From an uncultured Anaerolineales bacterium (GTDB lineage Bacteria > Chloroflexota > Anaerolineae > Anaerolineales > VGOW01), in NCBI GenBank assembly GCA_964431175.1, contig CAYSIV010000010.1:2194-43402 (forward strand): DNA of 41,209 bases, given 5' to 3'. The notes under the pieces are model-generated. The model ran no database searches. It saw only the letters and a program-made list of their open reading frames with translations, and had not been told where the DNA came from. Shown here piece after piece: positions 23,172-30,626 of the stretch (the first letter of the stretch is position 1; each line of letters begins with the position of its first letter). The position numbers and the translations under genes are program-made.

Positions 23172-24617
23172 ATGCCCGACTCCCGCTCTGTCCTCAGTGT
23201 TGGCATTGACGTTGGCACCACCACCACCCAACTCGTCTTCTCGCGCCTCGTTTTGGCCGACACTTCCCGCCCCGGCCAAATTCCCCGCATCGGCATCACC
23301 GACAAGTCGGTCGTCTATCAATCCCCAATCACCTTCACGCCGCTGGCCGACCGCGAGACGATTGACGTGGTTCGCCTCACCGATTTGGTGAAGCGTGAGT
23401 ATGCGGCGGCGGGTGTTGACCCGAAAGATATTGAAACCGGCGCCGTCATCATTACCGGCGAGATGGCCAAGAAGAAGAACGCCGATGAAATTCTGCGCGG
23501 GCTGGGCGGGCTGGCCGGTGAATTTGTGGTGACGGTGGCCGGGCCACATCTGGAGTCGCTCATTGCCGGGCGCGGCGCAGGCGCAACCGATTATTCAAAA
23601 CGGCACTTTTGCAAAGTGGTCAACGTTGACATCGGCGGCGGAAGCGCCAACTCGGCCTTGTTCAACGCCGGAGCATTAGTGGCCGCGGCGGCTATGAATT
23701 ACGGCGGGCGCATCCTTGAAATTGAGCATAGCACCGGACGAGTGCGGCACATTGCCGATCCCGCCAAACATATTTTGAATGATATTGGATTGAGATTGGC
23801 GATTGGCGATTTGCCCTCACTCGGCGACTTGAAGCGCTTCACCGATCGCATGACCGATCTCACGATTGAGCTAATCGAAGGCGCCGCTCCCGCGTCGCCG
23901 CTGGCGCAGAAAGTATATCTGACTCCGCCCGCGCCCACCTCTGGCAAGGGCGCAGTGCTGATGTTGTCGGGCGGGGTGGGGCATTATTTTTATGAGCCTG
24001 TTTCCATCCACTCGGTGGCCGACGCGACGATCTACGACGATCTGGGGCCGCTATTGGCCGAGTCACTACGGCTCGACCCGAGGCTCAAAGCGTATGAAAC
24101 GGCCAAACCGGCGGAGACCCTGCGAGCCACCGTGCTGGGCGCAAGTTCGCAAACCGTCACCCTCTCCGGTTCGACCATCTGGGCCGAGCGCGAGATTTTG
24201 CCGATGAGAAATCTGCCGGTGATCCGCCCGGTGATGAGCACGGCCTACGCTCCCCGGCAAATGGCGGCCTCCATCGCGGACGCCGTCAGGCGTTGGGACG
24301 TGAATCCGGCCACGGACAATTTCGCCGTCGCTCTTGAGTTGGATCAGTCGCTAAACTATTCTCTGCTCCTCCAGCTTGCCACCGGGCTGGCCGAGTTCGC
24401 CAAAAGCCTGCCCGATGGCCGCCCGCTGGTGGCCATCATCGAGCACGATTACGCCCAGGCGCTCGGCCAGACGGTGAAGGCGATGGCCCCCGACCGGCCC
24501 CTGCTGGTGATTGACCAGGTGGGCTTGCAGGAAGGCGACTATATTGACGTGGGGATGCCGATGATGGACGGGCGGGTGGTGCCGTTGAGCGTGAAGACGC
24601 TGATTTTCTATCATTAA
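23172..24617 (+). CDS. eutA: Ethanolamine ammonia-lyase reactivase EutA
   Basis: 'LSVGIDVGTTTTQLVFSRL', 'GAVIITGEMAKKKNA' and 'NVDIGGGSAN' are typical of EutA. I prefer the ATG at 23172, downstream of the repeat. Confidence 0.9.
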   Translation: MPDSRSVLSVGIDVGTTTTQLVFSRLVLADTSRPGQIPRIGITDKSVVYQSPITFTPLADRETIDVVRLTDLVKREYAAAGVDPKDIETGAVIITGEMAKKKNADEILRGLGGLAGEFVVTVAGPHLESLIAGRGAGATDYSKRHFCKVVNVDIGGGSANSALFNAGALVAAAAMNYGGRILEIEHSTGRVRHIADPAKHILNDIGLRLAIGDLPSLGDLKRFTDRMTDLTIELIEGAAPASPLAQKVYLTPPAPTSGKGAVLMLSGGVGHYFYEPVSIHSVADATIYDDLGPLLAESLRLDPRLKAYETAKPAETLRATVLGASSQTVTLSGSTIWAEREILPMRNLPVIRPVMSTAYAPRQMAASIADAVRRWDVNPATDNFAVALELDQSLNYSLLLQLATGLAEFAKSLPDGRPLVAIIEHDYAQALGQTVKAMAPDRPLLVIDQVGLQEGDYIDVGMPMMDGRVVPLSVKTLIFYH

Positions 24618-25055
24618 GGTCTTGTTTTTACCCTTCGTCACTATTCCCCAAACGCGGGGTTAACTATGGAAAGTGTTGCTCTGCCTGCCGAGCCGATTTC
24701 TGCCAACCGGGCGCTTCGTTACTCGCCCTGGTCCCCGCCGCCTCGCTCCAGGAATCTTCGACAGGCCCGCGACACCGATGACCCGTTTTGCCGAGACTTC
24801 GCCTACTGCCCGCATTGCGGCTTTGATGGCGACGAGACCCGGCTGTTTCGTTTTCGGATACACGGCTGTAGTAGAACCGCAACCCGTTGCCGCCAGAGCG
24901 GCGGCACAAGGAGGTGATTGCCGACCTAAAGCACAGCGCCGACTACATACCCAGACAGGGTGGTGGCGCTTTTTTGTTTCTAGCAATCCAAACTGATTTT
25001 GTTTTTAAAACCATATCTTAGGCAGGTGATCCCTGCCACATGGAGGAGTCTCATC
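24618..25055 (+). promoter_or_regulatory. 438-nt non-coding leader between eutA and the permease gene (candidate cis-regulatory RNA)
   Basis: This is the only long gap in the eut cluster and has no convincing ORF. It contains several GC hairpins, a terminator-like hairpin, and a GGCAGG/CCTGCC hairpin (25021-25037) next to the GGAGGAG Shine-Dalgarno. Confidence 0.35.
24935..24980 (+). terminator. Terminator/attenuator-like hairpin with U-tract inside the leader
   Basis: AGCGCC(G)AC, a 19-nt loop, then GTGGCGCT, followed by TTTTTGTTT. It lies about 75 nt upstream of the permease ATG. Confidence 0.45.
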
Positions 25056-26696
25056 ATGGCAGACATGAAAGGCAAGTCGCGCGAAGAAATCATTCAACAG
25101 GACGTGCGCGACCTTCACAAGCTGGGCTACGCCCAGCAGTTGTTCCGCGAGATGGGCGGGTTCTCCAACTTCGCCATCTCGTTTTCGATTATTTCTATCC
25201 TCACCGGGGCGATCCTGCTCTACGGCTACGGTCTGCAGTTCGCCGGGCCGATCATCAACACCTACGGCTGGCCGCTGGTGAGCTTTTTCGTGCTGTGCAT
25301 TGCGGCCTCGATGGCCGAACTGGCTTCGGCCTACCCTACGGCGGGCGGCCTGTACTTCTGGGCGCACCGGTTGGGCGGCTACAAGTGGGCCTGGGTGACG
25401 GCTTGGTTCAACATGCTCGGCCAGATCATGATCACCGCCGGTATCAACTTCGCCGCCGCGATTTACATCGCCGGGGCGGTCAACCGCCTCTTTGGCGCGA
25501 GCATTGACACCACCAACACGATGACGATGGTCGTCGTCATGACCATCATCATGATCCCGCAGGTACTGATCAACATCTTCGGCATCAAGCTCACCGCTTT
25601 TCTCAACGACTTCAGCGTGTACTGGCACATCGGCGGCGTAATCATCATGGCGCTGTTGCTCACGATCTTCGGCACGCACGCCCAGCCGTTCAGCTTCCTG
25701 TTTCAGGGCGCCGTGTCGGTCAACCCCAATGACCTGGCGGGCTCATTCGCCGCCGGCCCATTCACCTTCAACTCGCTGATGATGAAGATACCGGGCTTCG
25801 TCGGGCTGTACGCGGGTGGCGGGCTGGCGCTGGCCTTTGTGCTGGGCCTGCTGCAAGCGCAGTGGACGTACACCGGCTACGACGCTTCGGCGCACGTGGC
25901 CGAAGAGACGGTGATGGCTCGCCTGAATAGCGCCTGGGGTGTGTTCCTCTCGGTGGCAGTGTCGTTCGTGGTCGGTTACGTGATGTTGCTCATCCTCACC
26001 CTGCACATCCCCGACATCGCGGCGACGATTGATCCGGCGAACTCACCGGCGGTGCTATACATCGTGTATTCCAACTTCGACAACGTGCTGTTCGGCCACA
26101 TTATCGCCGTCATCATCGGCGTAGCTATGTGGCTGTGCGGCCTGTCGTCCATCACCAGCATGAGCCGCATGTGGTTCGCCTTTGCCCGCGACGGCGGCAT
26201 GCCGGGCCACGGCCTGATCAAGCAGATCCACCCCAAGTGGCGCACGCCGATGTGGTCCATCATCATTACCAGCGTGCTCGCCGTGCTGTTGACTGTGTAC
26301 GCCGCGGTGTACTCGGCCATTGTGGCCGTCAGCACGACCGCGCTGTATCTGGCTTACGGCATCCCGATCTACTTGAACGTAATGAACAAGATGAAGAAGC
26401 AGGGCGAGTATGCCACGCCGGAGACCGCGCCGTGGAGCCTGAAGAACTGGGGCACGGTGATCAACTGGATCGCCATTGCCTGGATCGTGTTCATCACCAT
26501 CCTTTTCTCCATCCCGCCGAACGAACTGGCCGGGTGGTCTATCATCACCCTGGGCGTGTTCATGGTGCTCTACTGGCAGTTGGATGCCAAGAAGCGCTTC
26601 AGCGGCCCGAAGAAGACGGCGGAGGAAGACCTGCGCCGCATCGAGGCTGATATGGCCGCCGCGGCCAAAGCTGGCGGTGGTGACGGGCAGGATTAG
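25056..26696 (+). CDS. APC-superfamily permease (amino acid/choline-type); ethanolamine transporter by context
   Basis: 546 aa with about 12 TM helices. 'ELASAYPTAGGLYFWA' and 'GYDASAHVAEE' are typical APC signatures. A GGAGGAG Shine-Dalgarno lies 8 nt upstream of the ATG at 25056. Confidence 0.85.
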   Translation: MADMKGKSREEIIQQDVRDLHKLGYAQQLFREMGGFSNFAISFSIISILTGAILLYGYGLQFAGPIINTYGWPLVSFFVLCIAASMAELASAYPTAGGLYFWAHRLGGYKWAWVTAWFNMLGQIMITAGINFAAAIYIAGAVNRLFGASIDTTNTMTMVVVMTIIMIPQVLINIFGIKLTAFLNDFSVYWHIGGVIIMALLLTIFGTHAQPFSFLFQGAVSVNPNDLAGSFAAGPFTFNSLMMKIPGFVGLYAGGGLALAFVLGLLQAQWTYTGYDASAHVAEETVMARLNSAWGVFLSVAVSFVVGYVMLLILTLHIPDIAATIDPANSPAVLYIVYSNFDNVLFGHIIAVIIGVAMWLCGLSSITSMSRMWFAFARDGGMPGHGLIKQIHPKWRTPMWSIIITSVLAVLLTVYAAVYSAIVAVSTTALYLAYGIPIYLNVMNKMKKQGEYATPETAPWSLKNWGTVINWIAIAWIVFITILFSIPPNELAGWSIITLGVFMVLYWQLDAKKRFSGPKKTAEEDLRRIEADMAAAAKAGGGDGQD

Positions 26697-26706
26697 CCTC
26701 GCCCCT

Positions 26707-26758
26707 CCCGCGCTCCTCTCTTGTCCGCGTTGTTTGGCGGGCAGGAGAGGAGCGCGGG
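26707..26758. other. Long GC-rich stem-loop after the permease gene (no U-tract)
   Basis: CCCGCGCTCCTCTCTTGTCCGC, loop GTTGTTTG, then GCGGGCAGGAGAGGAGCGCGGG. That is 22 positions with 2 mismatches. Confidence 0.6.
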
Positions 26759-26850
26759 TCGCCCTCGCAATTCTCATCTCCACGAAATTACAAAAACCCT
26801 GTTATCATTTGCCTCAGCGCTTGAGGTAGATTGACCTCTCAGTTATACTG

Positions 26851-26902
26851 TTCGTGAAACTCGTGTAACACGAACACTTGCCTGCTAGCGCAAGTGTTCG
26901 TG
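26851..26902. repeat. CACGAA-family element with perfect 13-bp hairpin, immediately upstream of eutB
   Basis: TTCGTGAAACTCGTGTAA differs by 1 nt from 4688-4705. It is followed by the stem CACGAACACTTGC / GCAAGTGTTCGTG. The element ends 16 nt before the eutB ATG. Confidence 0.85.
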
Positions 26903-26918
26903 GCAAAGGCCTATTCTT

Positions 26919-28286
26919 ATGCTCCTTCGCACTAAACTTCACGGCAAGACTTACGAATTCCCCGACATCCGCCTCCTCATGGGTAAAGCCAATGAGGAGA
27001 AGTCCGGCGACCGGCTGGCCGGGGTGGTCGCCGAGACGACCGCCGAACGCGTGGCCGCCCGCTTCGTTCTGGCCGAAGTGCCGCTGTGGGTCCTGCGCCA
27101 GAACCCTGCCGTCCCCTACGAGCAAGACGAAGTCACCCGGGTGATTCAGGATGCCGTAAACGAGACAGCCTACAACGAGATCAAAGATTGGACAGTGGGC
27201 GGACTGCGCGAATGGCTTCTGGCCGACACCACCACCAGCGGCATGATCCAGCGCATCTCCACCGGACTCACTGCCGAGATGATCTCCGCCGTCACCAAAC
27301 TCATGTCCAATTTGGACTTGATGTATTGCGCCAAAAAGATTCCGCGCACCGCTCACTGCGCCAACACCATCGGCTCGCCCGGCACGCTCTCCAGCCGCAA
27401 CCAGCCCAACCACCCCACCGACTCGCCGGAAGGCATCCGCGCCGAAATCTACGAAGGCCTTTCCTACGGCAGTGGCGACTCGGTCATCGGCATCAATCCG
27501 GTTGACGACTCGTACGGTTCTGTCGCCCGCCTGCTCGACATGACTTACGACGTCATCAAGACGTGGAACATTCCGACCCAGAACTGTGTGCTCTCTCACG
27601 TCACCACCCAGATGAAATGCCTGCAATCCGGTTCGCCAATCGGCCTGGTCTTCCAATCCATCGCCGGGTCGCAAAAGGGCAACGATTCCTTCGGCATTTC
27701 GGTCGGCATGTTGGATGAAGCTTACGCCCTGGCCAAAAAATACTGCTTCCCGGCCGGCCCCAACTTCATGTACTTTGAAACCGGGCAGGGCTCGGCTCTT
27801 TCGGCTGAAGCCCACAATGGCTGGGATCAACTCACTCTCGAAGCTCGCAACTATGGCCTGGCCAAACGCTGGAATCCTTATCAGGTCAACACCGTCGTTG
27901 GCTTTATCGGCCCCGAATATCTCTTCGACGCTCGCCAGATTCAACGCGCCGGGCTTGAAGATCACTTCATGGGCAAGCTGACCGGCATCCCGATGGGCGT
28001 TGACGCCTGCTACACCAACCATGCCCGCGCCGATCAAAATGCCATCGAGAATCTGGCGGTGATGCTCACCGCCGCCGGGTGCAACTACTTCATGGGCGTG
28101 CCGATGGGCGACGACTCGATGCTCTCGTATCAATGCACCAGTTATCACGACGCCCCAACCTTGCGTCAACTCTTCGGCTTGCGCCCCGCGCCGGAGTTCG
28201 AAGCCTGGCTTACAGAACTCGGCTTGATGAAAAACGGCGTGCTGACCGAGAAGGCTGGCGATCCGACGTTCTTCCTGAAGAGGTGA
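26919..28286 (+). CDS. eutB: Ethanolamine ammonia-lyase large subunit
   Basis: 455 aa. The N-terminus 'KLHGKTYEFPDIRLLMGKANEEKSGDRLAGV' and the overall length are typical of EutB. Confidence 0.97.
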   Translation: MLLRTKLHGKTYEFPDIRLLMGKANEEKSGDRLAGVVAETTAERVAARFVLAEVPLWVLRQNPAVPYEQDEVTRVIQDAVNETAYNEIKDWTVGGLREWLLADTTTSGMIQRISTGLTAEMISAVTKLMSNLDLMYCAKKIPRTAHCANTIGSPGTLSSRNQPNHPTDSPEGIRAEIYEGLSYGSGDSVIGINPVDDSYGSVARLLDMTYDVIKTWNIPTQNCVLSHVTTQMKCLQSGSPIGLVFQSIAGSQKGNDSFGISVGMLDEAYALAKKYCFPAGPNFMYFETGQGSALSAEAHNGWDQLTLEARNYGLAKRWNPYQVNTVVGFIGPEYLFDARQIQRAGLEDHFMGKLTGIPMGVDACYTNHARADQNAIENLAVMLTAAGCNYFMGVPMGDDSMLSYQCTSYHDAPTLRQLFGLRPAPEFEAWLTELGLMKNGVLTEKAGDPTFFLKR

Positions 28287-28290
28287 CCAC

Positions 28291-29235
28291 ATGGATGAAA
28301 CTCAGCTCAACGCCATCATCGAAGCAGTTGTAAAAGAACTGGCGGCGGCCAAGGTTGGAACGCCGCTTGCCTCAGGGGAAGCCGCTCCGGCACCCAAAGC
28401 TTCCCCCTCAGAGGCGGCTCCAACTTCCAACTTCCAATCTCAAATCTCTAATCTCAATATCGATCTTCCTGATCCCACCCTGCCCGAGCATCGTTACAAG
28501 CCGCGAGTCAAGAATCCCAAAGACGCCGACGCCGTCAAAGCCCTCATCGCCTCCACCACTGCGCGTATCGGGGTGGGCCGGGCCGGGCCGCATTACAACA
28601 CCTTCTCGCTCCTGCTCTTTCAGGGTGATCACGCCATTACCCAGGACGCCCTCATGCGCGATGTCGATCAAAAACTACTCGACGACCTGGGCCTCTTCAC
28701 CGTGCAAACCAACATCCAAGGCGGCAAACAGGAATATTTACTGCGGCCCGATCTGGGGCGGCAGTTGAGCGATGAGGCGAAGAAAGTGATCGGCGAGAAG
28801 TGCGTCAAGTCGCCCAACATTCAACTCGTCGTCGGCGACGGGTTGAGCGCCGCCGCTGTAGAAGCCAACGCGCGCGAAATGTTCCCGGTCATTATGCAAG
28901 GCGCAAAGTCCGCCGGGTTGAGCGTGGGCACGCCGTTCTTCATTAAGTATTGCCGGGTGGGGGTGTTGAACGACATCGGCGAAATGCTCAAGCCCGATGT
29001 TGTGATTCTGCTCATCGGCGAGCGCCCCGGCCTGGGCCGCGCCGAGTCGCTAAGCGCCTACATGGCTTATCGCCCCAAAACCGGCGACACCGACGCCGAC
29101 CGCGACGTGGTGTGCAACATCTTCAACAACGGCGGCACTAACCCGCTCGAAGGCGCGGCCTTCACCATCCAGGTCGCGCAGAAGATGATGAAACAGCAGG
29201 CCAGCGGGGTGAAGCTAAAATTGGCAACGAAGTAA
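28291..29235 (+). CDS. eutC: Ethanolamine ammonia-lyase small subunit with N-terminal amphipathic helix and extended linker
   Basis: The C-terminal 220 aa are EutC-like ('ARIGVGRAGPHY', 'LVVGDGLSA', 'IGERPGLG'). The N-terminus 'MDETQLNAIIEAVVKELAAA' is followed by a Pro/Ala/Ser-rich linker. Confidence 0.93.
   Translation: MDETQLNAIIEAVVKELAAAKVGTPLASGEAAPAPKASPSEAAPTSNFQSQISNLNIDLPDPTLPEHRYKPRVKNPKDADAVKALIASTTARIGVGRAGPHYNTFSLLLFQGDHAITQDALMRDVDQKLLDDLGLFTVQTNIQGGKQEYLLRPDLGRQLSDEAKKVIGEKCVKSPNIQLVVGDGLSAAAVEANAREMFPVIMQGAKSAGLSVGTPFFIKYCRVGVLNDIGEMLKPDVVILLIGERPGLGRAESLSAYMAYRPKTGDTDADRDVVCNIFNNGGTNPLEGAAFTIQVAQKMMKQQASGVKLKLATK
28420..28458. repeat. CCAACTT/CCAATCT/TAATCTC periodic tract inside the eutC linker
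   Basis: CCAACTTCCAACTTCCAATCTCAAATCTCTAATCTCAAT encodes 'TSNFQSQISNLN'. It resembles the arms of the 29981-30034 element. No inverted partner is nearby. Confidence 0.75.
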
Positions 29236-29247
29236 ATTCACTGCAAA

Positions 29248-29314
29248 GAACCGCTTCGCGAAGAGCGCAAAGTTCCTTTTTTTAATTCCTGGCGTCTTTC
29301 GCGCCTCGCGGTTC
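29248..29314. repeat. Periodic-unit hairpin element, GCGAAG/GCAAAG family
   Basis: GAACCGCTTCGCGAAGAGCGCAAAG, a T-rich loop, then GCGTCTTTCGCGCCTCGCGGTTC. It lies between eutC and eutL. Confidence 0.8.
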
Positions 29315-29326
29315 AAAGGAGAAAGC

Positions 29327-29983
29327 ATGGCTGCACTCGATCCCATTTACGCCACCCCGCTCGCCGTTCGCATGATCCCGAATGTTGATCCGAATTTTGC
29401 CGAGCAATTGAAACTCAAGCCGGAGCAAAAATCCATCGGCCTGATTACGGCTGACAACGACGATGCCACTTACGTCTCGGTTGACGAAGCCACCAAGATG
29501 GCCGACGTGGAAGTGGTGTACGCGCGCTCGTTTTACGCCGGAGCCAGGCATGCCTCGGGCCTGCTCTCTGGCGAAATTCTGGCCGTCATTGCCGGGCCAA
29601 ACCCCGCCGAAGTCCGCGCCGGGTTGAGCGCCGCTCTCAATTACATGAAGAACGAGGCCATCTGGTATTCGGCCAACGAAGATGCTTCAATTGCGTTCTT
29701 CCCGCACCTTATCTCACGCACCGGCACCTATCTTTCGAAAACCTGCAACATCCCGCTCGGCGATCCGATTGCTTATCTCATCGCCCCGCCGCTCGAAGGC
29801 GTATACGCGCTCGATGCCGCCCTCAAAGCCGCCGCCGTGCACATCGTTGCTCTCACCATGCCGCCCTCCGAGACAAACTATATGGGCGTCATGCTCACCG
29901 GCGATCAGCCCGCCTGCAAAGCCGCCACCATTGCCTTCCGCGAAGCGGTGTTGGAAGTGGCGAGAGACCCGATTAAATTCTAG
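29327..29983 (+). CDS. eutL: BMC-T (tandem-domain) shell protein EutL
   Basis: 218 aa. 'LDPIYATPLAVRMIPNVDPNFAEQLKLKPEQKSIGLITADNDDATYVSVDEATK' and 'GPNPAEVRAGL' match my memory of EutL closely. Confidence 0.93.
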   Translation: MAALDPIYATPLAVRMIPNVDPNFAEQLKLKPEQKSIGLITADNDDATYVSVDEATKMADVEVVYARSFYAGARHASGLLSGEILAVIAGPNPAEVRAGLSAALNYMKNEAIWYSANEDASIAFFPHLISRTGTYLSKTCNIPLGDPIAYLIAPPLEGVYALDAALKAAAVHIVALTMPPSETNYMGVMLTGDQPACKAATIAFREAVLEVARDPIKF

Positions 29984-30034
29984 AGATTAGAGATTGGACG
30001 TTAGAATATCTAACGTCCAATCTCCAACTTCTAA
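29981..30034. repeat. Periodic-unit hairpin element, TTGGAGATTGGA family (16-bp perfect core stem)
   Basis: TAGAGATTAGAGATTGGACGTTAGA, loop ATA, then TCTAACGTCCAATCTCCAACTTCTA. It starts at the eutL stop codon and ends 16 nt before the BMC-H ATG. Confidence 0.9.
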
Positions 30035-30050
30035 ATAAGGAGAACTCACA

Positions 30051-30368
30051 ATGCCTGTCGATGTCGCAATGATTGCTCTGGGAATGGTGGAAACCAAAGG
30101 CCTGATTGGGGCCATTGAAGCCGCCGACGCGATGGTGAAGGCCGCCAATGTCACCCTCATTGGGAGCGAATATGTGGGCGGTGGATTCGTGACGGTGATG
30201 GTGCGCGGCGACGTGGGCGCTGTAAAAGCGGCCACCGACGCCGGGGCCGCCGCCGCCAAGCGGGTGGGCGAACTTGTGTCCGTCCATGTCATTCCGCGCC
30301 CGCACTCCGATGTGGAAATGATCCTGCCCCAGAATTCCAAGGGCAGTTTTGGCGGCAAGGGTAAATAG
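30051..30368 (+). CDS. eutM: BMC-H (single Pfam00936-type domain) shell protein, EutM/PduA-like
   Basis: '[30 protein letters not shown]...[23 protein letters not shown]...VHVIPRPH' is the canonical hexamer sequence. An AAGGAG Shine-Dalgarno lies upstream. Confidence 0.9.
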   Translation: MPVDVAMIALGMVETKGLIGAIEAADAMVKAANVTLIGSEYVGGGFVTVMVRGDVGAVKAATDAGAAAAKRVGELVSVHVIPRPHSDVEMILPQNSKGSFGGKGK

Positions 30369-30458
30369 CCAACCCGAGCGTTGAGATCTGCATCCGGCGA
30401 AGGAGAGCCTGTCGCCCTCTTGCCCGTCTCAGCTCATGCTCGACTCCGGTTTTCAACC

Positions 30459-30523
30459 AGTGCGGCATCTCTCCGACTCCGGGATGCCGCACTCAACGCC
30501 GCCGCCCCTAGGCGGCTTCTTAT
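30459..30523 (+). terminator. Two consecutive hairpins after the BMC-H gene (candidate operon terminator)
   Basis: The first stem is AGTGCGGCATC / GATGCCGCACT (11 bp, 13-nt loop). The second is GCCGCC-CCTA-GGCGGC, followed by TTCTTAT. Confidence 0.45.
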
Positions 30524-30626
30524 GCCCAATCGCCTCATTTGCTTTTCTCCCTGCTAAGGTGCGCCCCCTCTACTCGCAATTGCCTCGTCCTTTGCTAACC
30601 TTGCATCATGCCCCGGTTCTCGGCAG

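Noticed and set aside
24666-24996. ORFs of 83 aa (24666-24917, containing 'FCRDFAYCPHCG') and 107 aa (24673-24996) in the eutA-permease gap. They could be a small zinc-ribbon protein.
   Set aside because: The composition is Arg/Pro-rich and there is no convincing Shine-Dalgarno. Only one CxxC pair is present, so a complete zinc ribbon is lacking. The two ORFs overlap each other in different frames. I treat the region as a non-coding leader, but translation is not excluded.
24618-25055. A cobalamin (AdoCbl) riboswitch or an ANTAR/EutV-type antiterminator target in the eut leader.
   Set aside because: On both strands I looked for the conserved B12-box core (GCCACTG and the flanking AGYCMGG..CCTGCC pattern) and for paired hexaloop hairpins. 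I found neither. None of the nearby response regulators has an ANTAR output. An Rfam covariance-model scan is needed for a definitive answer.
4651-30034. Whether the periodic short repeats could be CRISPR arrays or conventional MITEs/IS ends.
   Set aside because: The units are only 7-9 nt and directly tandem with no spacers, and arrays have 2-4 units. No cas, transposase or target-site duplication is visible. They are better described as structured junction repeats.
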